From the NCBI GenBank assembly GCA_003602575.1, contig QQRY01000001.1, positions 6,856 through 70,855 of the forward strand: 64,000 bases of DNA, written 5' to 3'. Under the pieces are notes generated by a model. It had not been told where the DNA came from, ran no database searches, and worked only from the letters and a program-made list of their open reading frames with translations. Shown here piece after piece: positions 18,336 to 27,221 of the stretch. The DNA comes from Candidatus Poseidoniales archaeon (GTDB lineage Archaea > Thermoplasmatota > Poseidoniia > Poseidoniales > Poseidoniaceae). Position 1 is the first letter of the stretch. Each line of letters opens with the position of its first letter. A program made the position numbers and the translations under genes.

Positions 18336-19691
18336 ATGGAAAACTCAAATGACCAAGTGGTTGAAAAATTCACAGAAGCAGGCTTGGAAGAGAAGCATGC
18401 TAAACTGATAATCGATTTAGCGTGCCATCCACCTTCAAAAGCCAGTGAAATCGGTAAAAGAGTAGGAGTATCTAGAATGGATGCGTATAATTCACTGCGC
18501 AAATTGCAAGAGCAAGGCCTTGTAAAGGCTACTTTGGACAAACCAATACGATTTTTCGGAATGCGGATAGAAGAAGTATTCCAGCAGATAATTAGAATAA
18601 AGGAAATGGATCTACGTAGAATACAACATAATTTAGAAAATTTAAGTTCGAATTCAGAAATACCAATTATGTCTGTCGACCAAACATCCGACGAAGATAC
18701 ATTCTCAGTCCTCAAAGATCGTCATACAATAATGGCGACTATTGAATCGGTAGTTGCAGAATCGGAGGAGCAAATTTGGTTGCTTCTCGGTAGATGGGGG
18801 ATTTTGCATTTATTACGCTCCGGGGCTAAGGATGCAATCGAAGAAGCGATAAATCGTGGCGTAGATGTCAAGATAGTAGCGTGTATAGATAAGAAGACTA
18901 TTCGATTCTTTGATTCCTTAAACGATAGAATTGAAGTGCGTCATCATGAAGATTTTAATCTAAATGGCGTATTTGTTGATGAAGAAGTTGGGATACAATT
19001 TGTCCACACAGAAGATACTCCGACTGGGCGCGGAAAAGAAGATACTGCAATTCTTATTGAATCGGGAATGTTGTTGACTGCACAAAGTGAACTGCTTAAG
19101 ATTCAGTGGAGGGCAGCAAAATCATACCATTCTATTCGAAGTAAAATATTAGATGGGGTAATGACTGAGCCATTAAGACTAAGTCTGGGCGAAGGTTCAT
19201 TCTATGAGCACTTTAGAACTTCTCTACAAGCTGGAATGTCGCCAAAGCCGACAAGTAATGCTGTATTGAGGAAAAATGGTTCGGAAGTTAAGTTTGGTAA
19301 TGAACTGGAGAATGAAACATTATCGGCACTTGGAATAGACTCTGCGATTCTATTCGAGCACATAGGTAGTAGGATTGGTGAAGAACTGGCAGTAAAATTA
19401 CAACACATTTCGGATGATTCCTTATTTTGGGAAACAATAATTCAAGAATGGAGTGAAATGGGTATGGGTGAAATTGAAATTGATAAACTACCCCCGACAA
19501 AAATTATTGTTAAAGATGGTTCAGCATGCGGAGGAAATCCTAATACATCCAAGTTCTTTTGTAATCTAGATGAAAGCGTGTTAAGTGGTATTTTAATGGA
19601 ACGTCATGGACGTAAAGTATCCACTAGTAAGAGAGAATGTATGGAGACAAAAAATTGCTCCTGCTTCTATGAAATCAACTTTGAAGAGTGA
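18336..19691 (+). CDS. TrmB-family transcriptional regulator with C-terminal V4R-like domain
   Basis: KASEIGKRVGVSRMDAYNSLRKLQEQGLV HTH; TrmB-type middle (AINRGVDVKI); WSEMGMG..FC...G.L......RECM....CSC.Y. Confidence 0.8.
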   Translation: MENSNDQVVEKFTEAGLEEKHAKLIIDLACHPPSKASEIGKRVGVSRMDAYNSLRKLQEQGLVKATLDKPIRFFGMRIEEVFQQIIRIKEMDLRRIQHNLENLSSNSEIPIMSVDQTSDEDTFSVLKDRHTIMATIESVVAESEEQIWLLLGRWGILHLLRSGAKDAIEEAINRGVDVKIVACIDKKTIRFFDSLNDRIEVRHHEDFNLNGVFVDEEVGIQFVHTEDTPTGRGKEDTAILIESGMLLTAQSELLKIQWRAAKSYHSIRSKILDGVMTEPLRLSLGEGSFYEHFRTSLQAGMSPKPTSNAVLRKNGSEVKFGNELENETLSALGIDSAILFEHIGSRIGEELAVKLQHISDDSLFWETIIQEWSEMGMGEIEIDKLPPTKIIVKDGSACGGNPNTSKFFCNLDESVLSGILMERHGRKVSTSKRECMETKNCSCFYEINFEE

Positions 19692-19745
19692 AAAATTGAT
19701 TAAAATTAAGCACAGGTTCATAGGTGAGAACCCGGTAGCATAGTC

Positions 19746-20126
19746 ATGGATTGTGGAACTTGTGAGACCAGTGCACCCTTAGAAATGCATAAACCGGAAG
19801 TTGTCGATGTAAATTTATCGATTTCAGATAATGCCGTCAAGATGTTAGGTGATGCTTTTGGGGATGACCGTTCAATGGCATTACTTGTAGGAGTTTTATC
19901 CGGAGGTTGTTCCGGTTATATGTATGATTTACAGATTGTCGAGACAACAGATATAGATTGTCAAGAGATCAACATCGATGGATTTAGAGTTCTAATTCCT
20001 AACTCATCCAGCCACTTACTTAACGGAATTCAAATCGACTATGAAGATAGACTGATGGGTGGAGGATTCAAGATTATAAATCCTAACGCCCAATCTTCAT
20101 GTGGCTGTGGAGAATCTTTTTCCTGA
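19746..20126 (+). CDS. iscA: A-type Fe-S carrier (IscA/HesB family)
   Basis: SGGCSGYMY, NPNAQSSCGCGESF. Confidence 0.9.
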   Translation: MDCGTCETSAPLEMHKPEVVDVNLSISDNAVKMLGDAFGDDRSMALLVGVLSGGCSGYMYDLQIVETTDIDCQEINIDGFRVLIPNSSSHLLNGIQIDYEDRLMGGGFKIINPNAQSSCGCGESFS

Positions 20127-20135
20127 GGTCATCTC

Positions 20136-20840
20136 ATGCCCAAAGCGGCATTTAGCGATTCATATGTCACAATATGGAGAGGTGTTGATTGTCTAACTTT
20201 CTTAGATGGTTTGACATCTAATCAGGTCATTAATCTCAAGAAAAATCGTGTTGTTCAAAGTGCATTGTTAGATAAGAATGCCAAAATAATTGATTTTCTA
20301 ACCATCTTAAATCTCGGTGGCTTTTTGGCAATTATTGGACATAAAAATAATTTTCAGCCAATGCTAGATTTTGTTACACCAAAAATTTTGCAAAGTGATG
20401 TTAGTATTACCAATATTTCACAGTTAAACGATGTTGCAATTCTGTATGATGAAAAAACCTCTGAAGATATCGGTATTTGTGAATCTAAGGATGATGTAAC
20501 CTACGCAAGAATAAGTAAAGGTTTCACGTATTGTATCGCTGCTAAAAAAGTGAACTTCGGGGGTGAAGAGATCGATGAAAAATTCCATGAATGGAGAATT
20601 TCCAATCTAATGCCCTGGTATGAGTATGAGATAAATAATAAATCAACACCATACTCTTGTGGACTTAATCAATTTGTTCATGATTCAAAAGGATGCTACA
20701 CTGGGCAAGAAATACTAACAAGAATGAGAAGCAGAAATAGGGGTATAAAAGTTCTAAAAAGTATTCCGAATTCAAAAATAGATATAGAAAAAGTTACCAC
20801 AAAAGGCCTAGAGAATTCTCTAGTTATTGTAAATCAATAA
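20136..20840 (+). CDS. ygfZ: YgfZ/IBA57-like folate-binding Fe-S maturation protein
   Basis: G.D...FLDGLTSN and KGCYTGQEILTR signature. Confidence 0.8.
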   Translation: MPKAAFSDSYVTIWRGVDCLTFLDGLTSNQVINLKKNRVVQSALLDKNAKIIDFLTILNLGGFLAIIGHKNNFQPMLDFVTPKILQSDVSITNISQLNDVAILYDEKTSEDIGICESKDDVTYARISKGFTYCIAAKKVNFGGEEIDEKFHEWRISNLMPWYEYEINNKSTPYSCGLNQFVHDSKGCYTGQEILTRMRSRNRGIKVLKSIPNSKIDIEKVTTKGLENSLVIVNQ

Positions 20841-21772
20841 CCGAGAAGTTCTGATAACTGCGATTTATAGAAATTACCAGATTTTTGTAAACTGGATAAT
20901 TCTTCATCAGTCAAGTCCAATTCAATTATTCTCTCTATTCCGCCAGCACCAAGGATTACTGGGACGCCAATGTAGACATCGCTCAAACCATATTGGCCAG
21001 TTAGATGAGCTGAGGCTGGAATCATTCTTTTACGGTCATTCAAAACAGCCTCCGCCATAATGGCTGCTGCTGAACCAGGTGCATAGAAAGCAGAACCTCG
21101 TTCGAGAAGTTTGACTATTTCTCCACCACCTGATGCGGTTCTTTTACAAATTGCATCTATAGTTTCATCGTCTAACAAATGTGTAATTGAAATTCCACCA
21201 ACTGTAGTGAATCGAGGTAATGGAACCATAGTATCTCCATGCCCACCTAGAACCATTGCATGAACATCTTCTTCCGAACATCCTATTGCGTCGGCAACAA
21301 AATGAGTCATTCTTGCACTATCGAGAACTCCGGCCTGTCCACAGACACGATTTGCTGGAAATCCAGTGACTTTTTGCATGTGATATGTCATCAAATCAAG
21401 TGGATTTGTCACCATAATAATTGTTGAATTCGGGGCATGTTGCTTTATGCCTTCTCCGACTTGTTTAACAATCCCAGCATTCTTTGCGATCAAGTCTTCA
21501 CGCGTCATACCAGGTTGACGCGGAAATCCAGAAGTCACAACAACGACTTCTGCTCCAGCGATGTCTGAATAATCAGATGTTCCAGTCAAGTTCCCATCAT
21601 AATTCAAAACTTGACCATTTTGAGACATATCTAAGGCTTTACCCTTAGCAAAGCCTTCATAGATATCTAGCAAGACGATGTCTCCCAACTTTTTCTGTGC
21701 CAAAACAAATGCGCATGTTGCACCGACATTTCCCGCCCCAATAACTGCAATTTTTCTTCTCGAACCGCTCAT
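20834..21772 (-). CDS. mdh: Malate dehydrogenase (LDH-like)
   Basis: GAGNVG, PRQPGMTREDL (Arg specificity loop), LDSAR, GGHGD. Confidence 0.95.
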   Translation of the reverse strand: MSGSRRKIAVIGAGNVGATCAFVLAQKKLGDIVLLDIYEGFAKGKALDMSQNGQVLNYDGNLTGTSDYSDIAGAEVVVVTSGFPRQPGMTREDLIAKNAGIVKQVGEGIKQHAPNSTIIMVTNPLDLMTYHMQKVTGFPANRVCGQAGVLDSARMTHFVADAIGCSEEDVHAMVLGGHGDTMVPLPRFTTVGGISITHLLDDETIDAICKRTASGGGEIVKLLERGSAFYAPGSAAAIMAEAVLNDRKRMIPASAHLTGQYGLSDVYIGVPVILGAGGIERIIELDLTDEELSSLQKSGNFYKSQLSELLGY

Positions 21773-21827
21773 AAATAACCCTCGTTATTATATCCGTATA
21801 GTTGGCCGTCAATAAGTTACATGGTTG

Positions 21828-21866
21828 TAAAAATTATATTTTCAAAGATGAAAATTTTGTTTTCAA
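21828..21866. promoter_or_regulatory. Tandem quasi-palindromic 18-mers in the mdh/pnt divergent region
   Basis: TAAAAATTATATTTTCAA (21828) and TGAAAATTTTGTTTTCAA (21849), 15/18 identical, 21 bp apart. Confidence 0.4.
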
Positions 21867-21941
21867 GCGTCTTATCTAAAAACCCCCTATCATTGGCGTT
21901 AAATGAGCCACAAGGTTTTGCGGCTCATGAGGTGTGAATCT

Positions 21942-23105
21942 ATGGAAATTGGAGTCCCTAAAGAACCTGCAAATGAATCTAGAGTAGCGATTGTTCCAGG
22001 TAGCATGAAGAAACTGATTAAAGCAGGTTTTGAGGTTCTTATCGAGAAGGGGGCAGGAATAAATGCTAATTATTCCGATGAGCAATACGAAGACCTTGGG
22101 GCAAAAGTAGTTTCTAGAAAAAAAGCACTTGAATGTGAAAATATTATTTGTATTAATTATCCTGGTCTTGATGGAATAAGCAAAGATACGAACTTGATAT
22201 GTGTTTCAGACCCATTTAGAAATCCTCAAAGTGTCAAGGAATGTATGGACGCAAATGTCACACTCATGTCAATGGATATGATTCCTAGAAGATTATCTAG
22301 AGCACAATCGATGGACGTGAACTCAAGTCAGGATAATCTTGCAGGATATAAGGCAGTACTTCTAGGTGCAGCAAATGTTCCAAGAGGAATACCAATGATG
22401 ACAACATCGGCTGGAACTGTTCGACCGGCAAAAGTCGTAGTAATGGGTAGCGGAGTTGCTGGTTTACAAGCGATTGCAACGGCCAAGAGGCTGGGGGCAG
22501 TAGTTTATGCCTCCGATGTTAGAAAATCTGCAGCAGAGCAGATTGAATCTGTTGGGGGGAGGTTCATAGAAGTTGATGGAATGGATGATTTCGAAGATGA
22601 ATCAGGATATGCAAAACCATTGACGCCTGAATTTATTCAAAAAGTAAACGATACAGTATGTGGTGTAGCTAAAGATGCAGACATTATTATCACTACAGCC
22701 AGAATCTTTGGTCGACCAGCACCAATAACTGTTCCTACATCAGCGGTTGAACAATTTAAATCGGGCGCTGTTGTTGTAGATATGAACGCAGATGTTGGGG
22801 GCAATTGTGAAAGTACTGTAGCAGGTGAAATAATCACAACCGATAATGGAGTAATTATTGTTGGCACTTCAAACTTGCCAGGAACATTGGCTAATACAGC
22901 AAGCATGCTTTTTTCAAATAATTTAACCACTTTCATTACATCACTTGTTGATGATGGCAAAGTGGTGATTTCAGAAGAGGATGATATTTTGGTAGGCGCA
23001 CCTGAAGGTTCAGATTTCTATGTTGGTGGAATGGGAGGAGTTTTAATTTGCCAAGATGGAAAAATTCACCATAAGCAAACTCGACTATCCGGGGTGATAG
23101 AATGA
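21942..23105 (+). CDS. pntA: NAD(P) transhydrogenase alpha subunit, soluble dI part
   Basis: MEIGVPKE..NESRVA, SRAQSMD, GSGVAGLQAIATAKRLGA, GGNCE; GAGGTG SD before ATG 21942. Confidence 0.93.
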   Translation: MEIGVPKEPANESRVAIVPGSMKKLIKAGFEVLIEKGAGINANYSDEQYEDLGAKVVSRKKALECENIICINYPGLDGISKDTNLICVSDPFRNPQSVKECMDANVTLMSMDMIPRRLSRAQSMDVNSSQDNLAGYKAVLLGAANVPRGIPMMTTSAGTVRPAKVVVMGSGVAGLQAIATAKRLGAVVYASDVRKSAAEQIESVGGRFIEVDGMDDFEDESGYAKPLTPEFIQKVNDTVCGVAKDADIIITTARIFGRPAPITVPTSAVEQFKSGAVVVDMNADVGGNCESTVAGEIITTDNGVIIVGTSNLPGTLANTASMLFSNNLTTFITSLVDDGKVVISEEDDILVGAPEGSDFYVGGMGGVLICQDGKIHHKQTRLSGVIE

Positions 23106-23413
23106 CACCAGAATTATTAATTGGAAGTTTAACATTATTTGTATTATCAATTTTCTTAGGTTTTGAACTGATTACTAAAGTTCCAGCAACCCTACATACT
23201 CCTCTAATGAGTGGTGCAAATGCTATTTCCGGAATTAGCATTGTAGGGGCTTTGATCGGTTCTAATGTCGCCTATGAAGCGGGTGATACTGTATTCTCAG
23301 GAATTCTCGCATTCGTTGCGGTTGTTCTAGCGATGATAAACGTCGTTGGTGGTTTTGCTGTCACCAATCGAATGCTGAATATGATTGCAGGAAGAAAGAG
23401 AGGAGGTGCTTGA
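23102..23413 (+). CDS. NAD(P) transhydrogenase alpha subunit, membrane part (PntAB)
   Basis: VPATLHTPLMSGANAISG, NVVGGFAVTNRML. Confidence 0.93.
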   Translation: MTPELLIGSLTLFVLSIFLGFELITKVPATLHTPLMSGANAISGISIVGALIGSNVAYEAGDTVFSGILAFVAVVLAMINVVGGFAVTNRMLNMIAGRKRGGA

Positions 23414-23414
23414 A

Positions 23415-24836
23415 ATGGAGTTCGGAGATTGGACCTCACTGGGCTACCTACTTTCTGCAGCATTATTCATTTTTGGATTAAAACAACTTGGACATCCAAG
23501 AACTGCTCCGAGAGGAAATCAGTTAGGAGCACTTGGAATGCTAGTTGCTGTACTAACAACAGTACTGGATATGCAATTAGAAGGTGGAGCTCAGTGGACA
23601 TTGATTATCGCTGGTCTGGTGATTGGTTCTCTTATTGGCTATTGGATGGCTGTAAAGGTGGAAATGACAGGAATGCCAGAATTAGTTGCTTTGTTCAACG
23701 GATTTGGCGGCGCTGCATCTGCGCTAGTTGCATTATCTGAAATTTGGAAGTACATCGAGGGGGAATCAATCCCAACTGGACTTAAGTTGACAGTTACAAT
23801 GGTTGCTGCTGGACTTTCAGCAGTTGTAGGATGGATGACATTAACCGGTTCATTGCTTGCAATGTATAAGTTAAAAGGTGGAATAAGTGTATTTGGAAAA
23901 TGGATTAAAACTCCTACATGGGGGCCAAGTTGGCTTAATGGCGTTAAGATTTTACTTCTAATCGCTGCTGCTGTTTTGATCTATCTAACTATTGACGACC
24001 CAACAAATAAGCAATATATTTATTCGCTAATCGCAATTTCTGGATTACTAGGAATAATACTGGTATTACCAATTGGTGGAGCAGATATGCCGGTGGTTGT
24101 ATCATTGCTAAACTCACTATCTGGAATCGCTGCAGCATTTACAGGATTTATTATCAGTAATTCGGTTCTAATTGTCGCAGGTTCATTGGTTGGAGCTTCT
24201 GGATTGATTCTAACATTCATAATGTGCAAAGCAATGAATAGAACCTTACTTGATGTATTGTTCAAATCATTTGGCGGGGGAGGAGAAAAAGAATCACTAA
24301 CAAGGACAAAGGTCGGTTCTGATGCAGATGAAGTTGCAATGATGCTTGATGGCGCTCAAAAGGTAATCATAGTGCCAGGATATGGAATGGCAGTTTCTCA
24401 ATGCCAGCATCAAGTCAAAGAATTCGCTGACCTAATGAATGAAAAATTCGATACCGAAGTTAGTTATGCAATCCACCCTGTTGCAGGAAGAATGCCAGGG
24501 CACATGAATGTACTTTTGGCAGAGGCAAATGTTCCATATGAACAACTAATCGAGATGGATGAGATAAATTCTGAATTCCCTGATTGTGATGTAGCACTAG
24601 TCATCGGTGCTAATGATACAACCAATCCTGCAGCAAGGTCTGGAGAAGGACCTCTAGCAGGAATGCCTATCATTGATGCTGATATGGCTAGAACGGTGGT
24701 TATTGTCAAGCGTTCATTGTCAGTCGGATATGCAGGCGTTGACAATGATCTATTCTACATGGATAAGACGATGATGCTATTTGGTGATGGAAAGAAAATG
24801 ATAACGGAACTAAATAACTCAATTAAGGAGATTTAG
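23415..24836 (+). CDS. pntB: NAD(P) transhydrogenase beta subunit
   Basis: MPELVA, IGGADMPVVVS, PGYGMAV, HPVAGRMPGHMNVLLAEA, GANDTTNPAA; GGAGGTG SD before ATG 23415. Confidence 0.95.
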   Translation: MEFGDWTSLGYLLSAALFIFGLKQLGHPRTAPRGNQLGALGMLVAVLTTVLDMQLEGGAQWTLIIAGLVIGSLIGYWMAVKVEMTGMPELVALFNGFGGAASALVALSEIWKYIEGESIPTGLKLTVTMVAAGLSAVVGWMTLTGSLLAMYKLKGGISVFGKWIKTPTWGPSWLNGVKILLLIAAAVLIYLTIDDPTNKQYIYSLIAISGLLGIILVLPIGGADMPVVVSLLNSLSGIAAAFTGFIISNSVLIVAGSLVGASGLILTFIMCKAMNRTLLDVLFKSFGGGGEKESLTRTKVGSDADEVAMMLDGAQKVIIVPGYGMAVSQCQHQVKEFADLMNEKFDTEVSYAIHPVAGRMPGHMNVLLAEANVPYEQLIEMDEINSEFPDCDVALVIGANDTTNPAARSGEGPLAGMPIIDADMARTVVIVKRSLSVGYAGVDNDLFYMDKTMMLFGDGKKMITELNNSIKEI

Positions 24837-24893
24837 AGGTTTGAAAAAGCAATGTTCAAAGGCATGCAATAGTTGGAAACTAATGGTGAGGTT

Positions 24894-25847
24894 ATGTTGC
24901 GACGTTCTCCACAGTTACTGATTCTTTTGTTTACAGTACTCCTTATTGCTCCAGCACTTGCTATGCCAGGTGGACCTCCATGGAAAAATGGAGATGATTT
25001 AGTAGTCGAAACTGGTTGTTCATGCCATGGAGGAGGAGCACCTTCAACCGAAGTCGTTGTTTCAATTAGTGGAGTACCAAGAGCATATGAAATTGGGGAA
25101 ACATATAATTTTACAATTAGCCTTCAACATGCAACAAATTCTGAAGGAGGGTATATGCTTTGGGATTATAACTCAGGAACTTTAACACCTGGAGAAGGTA
25201 GCGCCAGTGTTGCAGAAGAGCCAGGTGCTGTTTCACAAAGTGCTGTTGGAAATGATTGGGTTGTCTTCTGGACTGCTCCTGATTCTGATATCGGAGAAGT
25301 GAGTTTCCAACTAGTAGGTAATGCTGTAAATGGTAACGGTGAATTCGATGAAGGCGATTTATGGAACATATTATCGTTTTCAATAAGTTCACCTGATACA
25401 GTATACCAAGATGATGATGAGTCACTAGCTGTTAGAACAATAAGCGTAGGAGATTATGACTCACTATTTGTTGTTACAGAAAATCCTGAAGCGATTGAAG
25501 CAGCTAGACAAGAAGGTATTGCAGATGATTTCTTCGACAATGGCAACCTATTCTATTGGACTACGCTAGCCATAATTATCGTAGGTGCAGTGATTCAGGG
25601 AGAATTCTATGAGAGAAAGTTTGGTGGAGGTCCGCCTCACTTGGATATGAGATTGGCGGTACCTCAAGGAGTTAGAAGAGGATTTTTGGCTGCGGGATTG
25701 ACATTGCTATTTGCTTGGTCATTAGACTCTGGGCAATCTTGGGGAGTTATTCTTCTTTGTTTGATGATAATGCTTTGGGCAATATTTGGAGTTTATCGTA
25801 CAATAGTACAAGCCAGAGCACCAAAACAATATACTGACTTAGTGTAA
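24894..25847 (+). CDS. Secreted/membrane Reeler-like (choice-of-anchor V-like) protein with a CxCH motif
   Basis: Signal peptide, GCSCHGG, W..WTAP...G.V.F...GNAVNGNG...GD.W, 3 C-terminal TMs; GGTGAGG SD. Confidence 0.65.
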   Translation: MLRRSPQLLILLFTVLLIAPALAMPGGPPWKNGDDLVVETGCSCHGGGAPSTEVVVSISGVPRAYEIGETYNFTISLQHATNSEGGYMLWDYNSGTLTPGEGSASVAEEPGAVSQSAVGNDWVVFWTAPDSDIGEVSFQLVGNAVNGNGEFDEGDLWNILSFSISSPDTVYQDDDESLAVRTISVGDYDSLFVVTENPEAIEAARQEGIADDFFDNGNLFYWTTLAIIIVGAVIQGEFYERKFGGGPPHLDMRLAVPQGVRRGFLAAGLTLLFAWSLDSGQSWGVILLCLMIMLWAIFGVYRTIVQARAPKQYTDLV

Positions 25848-25865
25848 AATCGATGAGGACATACC

Positions 25866-27182
25866 ATGAGCTTGCAACTCGAGCAAGATGCCCAAGTTCC
25901 ATTACAGACGCACATTGATGAATTTTCATCAAGATTTGCAATAATGATTTTTATTTGGATAGTGGCTTCCATAATTTGGATCACTAATATCGACGCAATA
26001 TTGGAAAGAGTTGTACAAATAATTGACCCATGTATCGAAGAATGTACGAATTTGTATGAACCAGCAAAATGGAGCGAAATACGATGGTTATCAGGGGCAT
26101 TATTGGGATTTATCACAATAATTCCCGTAATAGTCTATCAAGCATTTATTTTTGCACGGCCTGGGATGATGAAAAATGAGTCTAATTGGTTAATTACATG
26201 GTTGGTTTTAGGTTCAATTGCTTTCATAGCAAATGTTGCTCTAACTGTATTGGTGATAATGCCATACTTGTTTGAAATTGGACATAATAACCATGTCAAT
26301 TTAGGCTTTGCTGCAAAATATGATGTTGTTGCAATGCTAACAATGGCGATGGCTGTAATTTGGGTAGAAGTGTTAGTTATTTCAGGTGCAATTGCTATGA
26401 TCATTGCGGGGCTAAATGGATTATTACATGAAGGTAATTCAAGATGGTGGAGATTAAGAGTTCATGGTATAATTTCAATGCTTATTTTACTTTCATTTTA
26501 CGGGCACTTTTCATTATCGATTTCACTAATGATAGTTAGTTTTTCATGCATTGAAATACTATCCATTCCATGGATTAAATCAAAATCAAATTTACAAATT
26601 TCAAGTCCAGAAATATTTGATGAATTTGGTATCACAAGAAAAATTCTTTTCGCACAATGCGAATGCAATAATGATTATATTATTTCAGAAGATTCTATAT
26701 CTAGCAATGCCTTTTTCTCATTCAAGTCCATTTGTACAAGTAAGAAGGAAAAAGAGAACTTATATGCAATAATTAATACAAATAAATTCACTGATTTTTT
26801 CATTTTTGGATGTAACTCTAAATCTCTGAATAATCAAATAGAGAATAATTTATTCACATCCAAATGTAAATTAAGAAATGATATGTCAAACCATAACCCA
26901 AAGAATTTTATTGATTTGGAGCATTATACACTTAATACAGGTTTTTTGATAGCCTCATTACAAGATCCTTGGAGTAGTGAACAATCGATTAGTAAAATTA
27001 TCGATCTAGTTAAAGAAAATAAAGATAGAAATTACATTATCAATGCAAGTGGGAGAGATATTTCCATTGATGGTAAAATCGATAGTGATGAGATACTGAT
27101 ACATATCAAGAAAGAAAATGAGAATGCCATAAAAAGTGAGTTAGAATTAATCGGCTGTAAATACAGAATTTGGGAATCATAA
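25866..27182 (+). CDS. tatC: TatC-like translocase subunit with a C-terminal soluble extension
   Basis: PLQTHIDEFSSR, P.IVYQAFIFARPGMMKNE, about 6 TMs, then ~190 aa hydrophilic tail. Confidence 0.65.
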   Translation: MSLQLEQDAQVPLQTHIDEFSSRFAIMIFIWIVASIIWITNIDAILERVVQIIDPCIEECTNLYEPAKWSEIRWLSGALLGFITIIPVIVYQAFIFARPGMMKNESNWLITWLVLGSIAFIANVALTVLVIMPYLFEIGHNNHVNLGFAAKYDVVAMLTMAMAVIWVEVLVISGAIAMIIAGLNGLLHEGNSRWWRLRVHGIISMLILLSFYGHFSLSISLMIVSFSCIEILSIPWIKSKSNLQISSPEIFDEFGITRKILFAQCECNNDYIISEDSISSNAFFSFKSICTSKKEKENLYAIINTNKFTDFFIFGCNSKSLNNQIENNLFTSKCKLRNDMSNHNPKNFIDLEHYTLNTGFLIASLQDPWSSEQSISKIIDLVKENKDRNYIINASGRDISIDGKIDSDEILIHIKKENENAIKSELELIGCKYRIWES

Positions 27183-27221
27183 TTGGCAAGATTTCAAACA
27201 TGTTCGCTATTAGCGTTAAAC

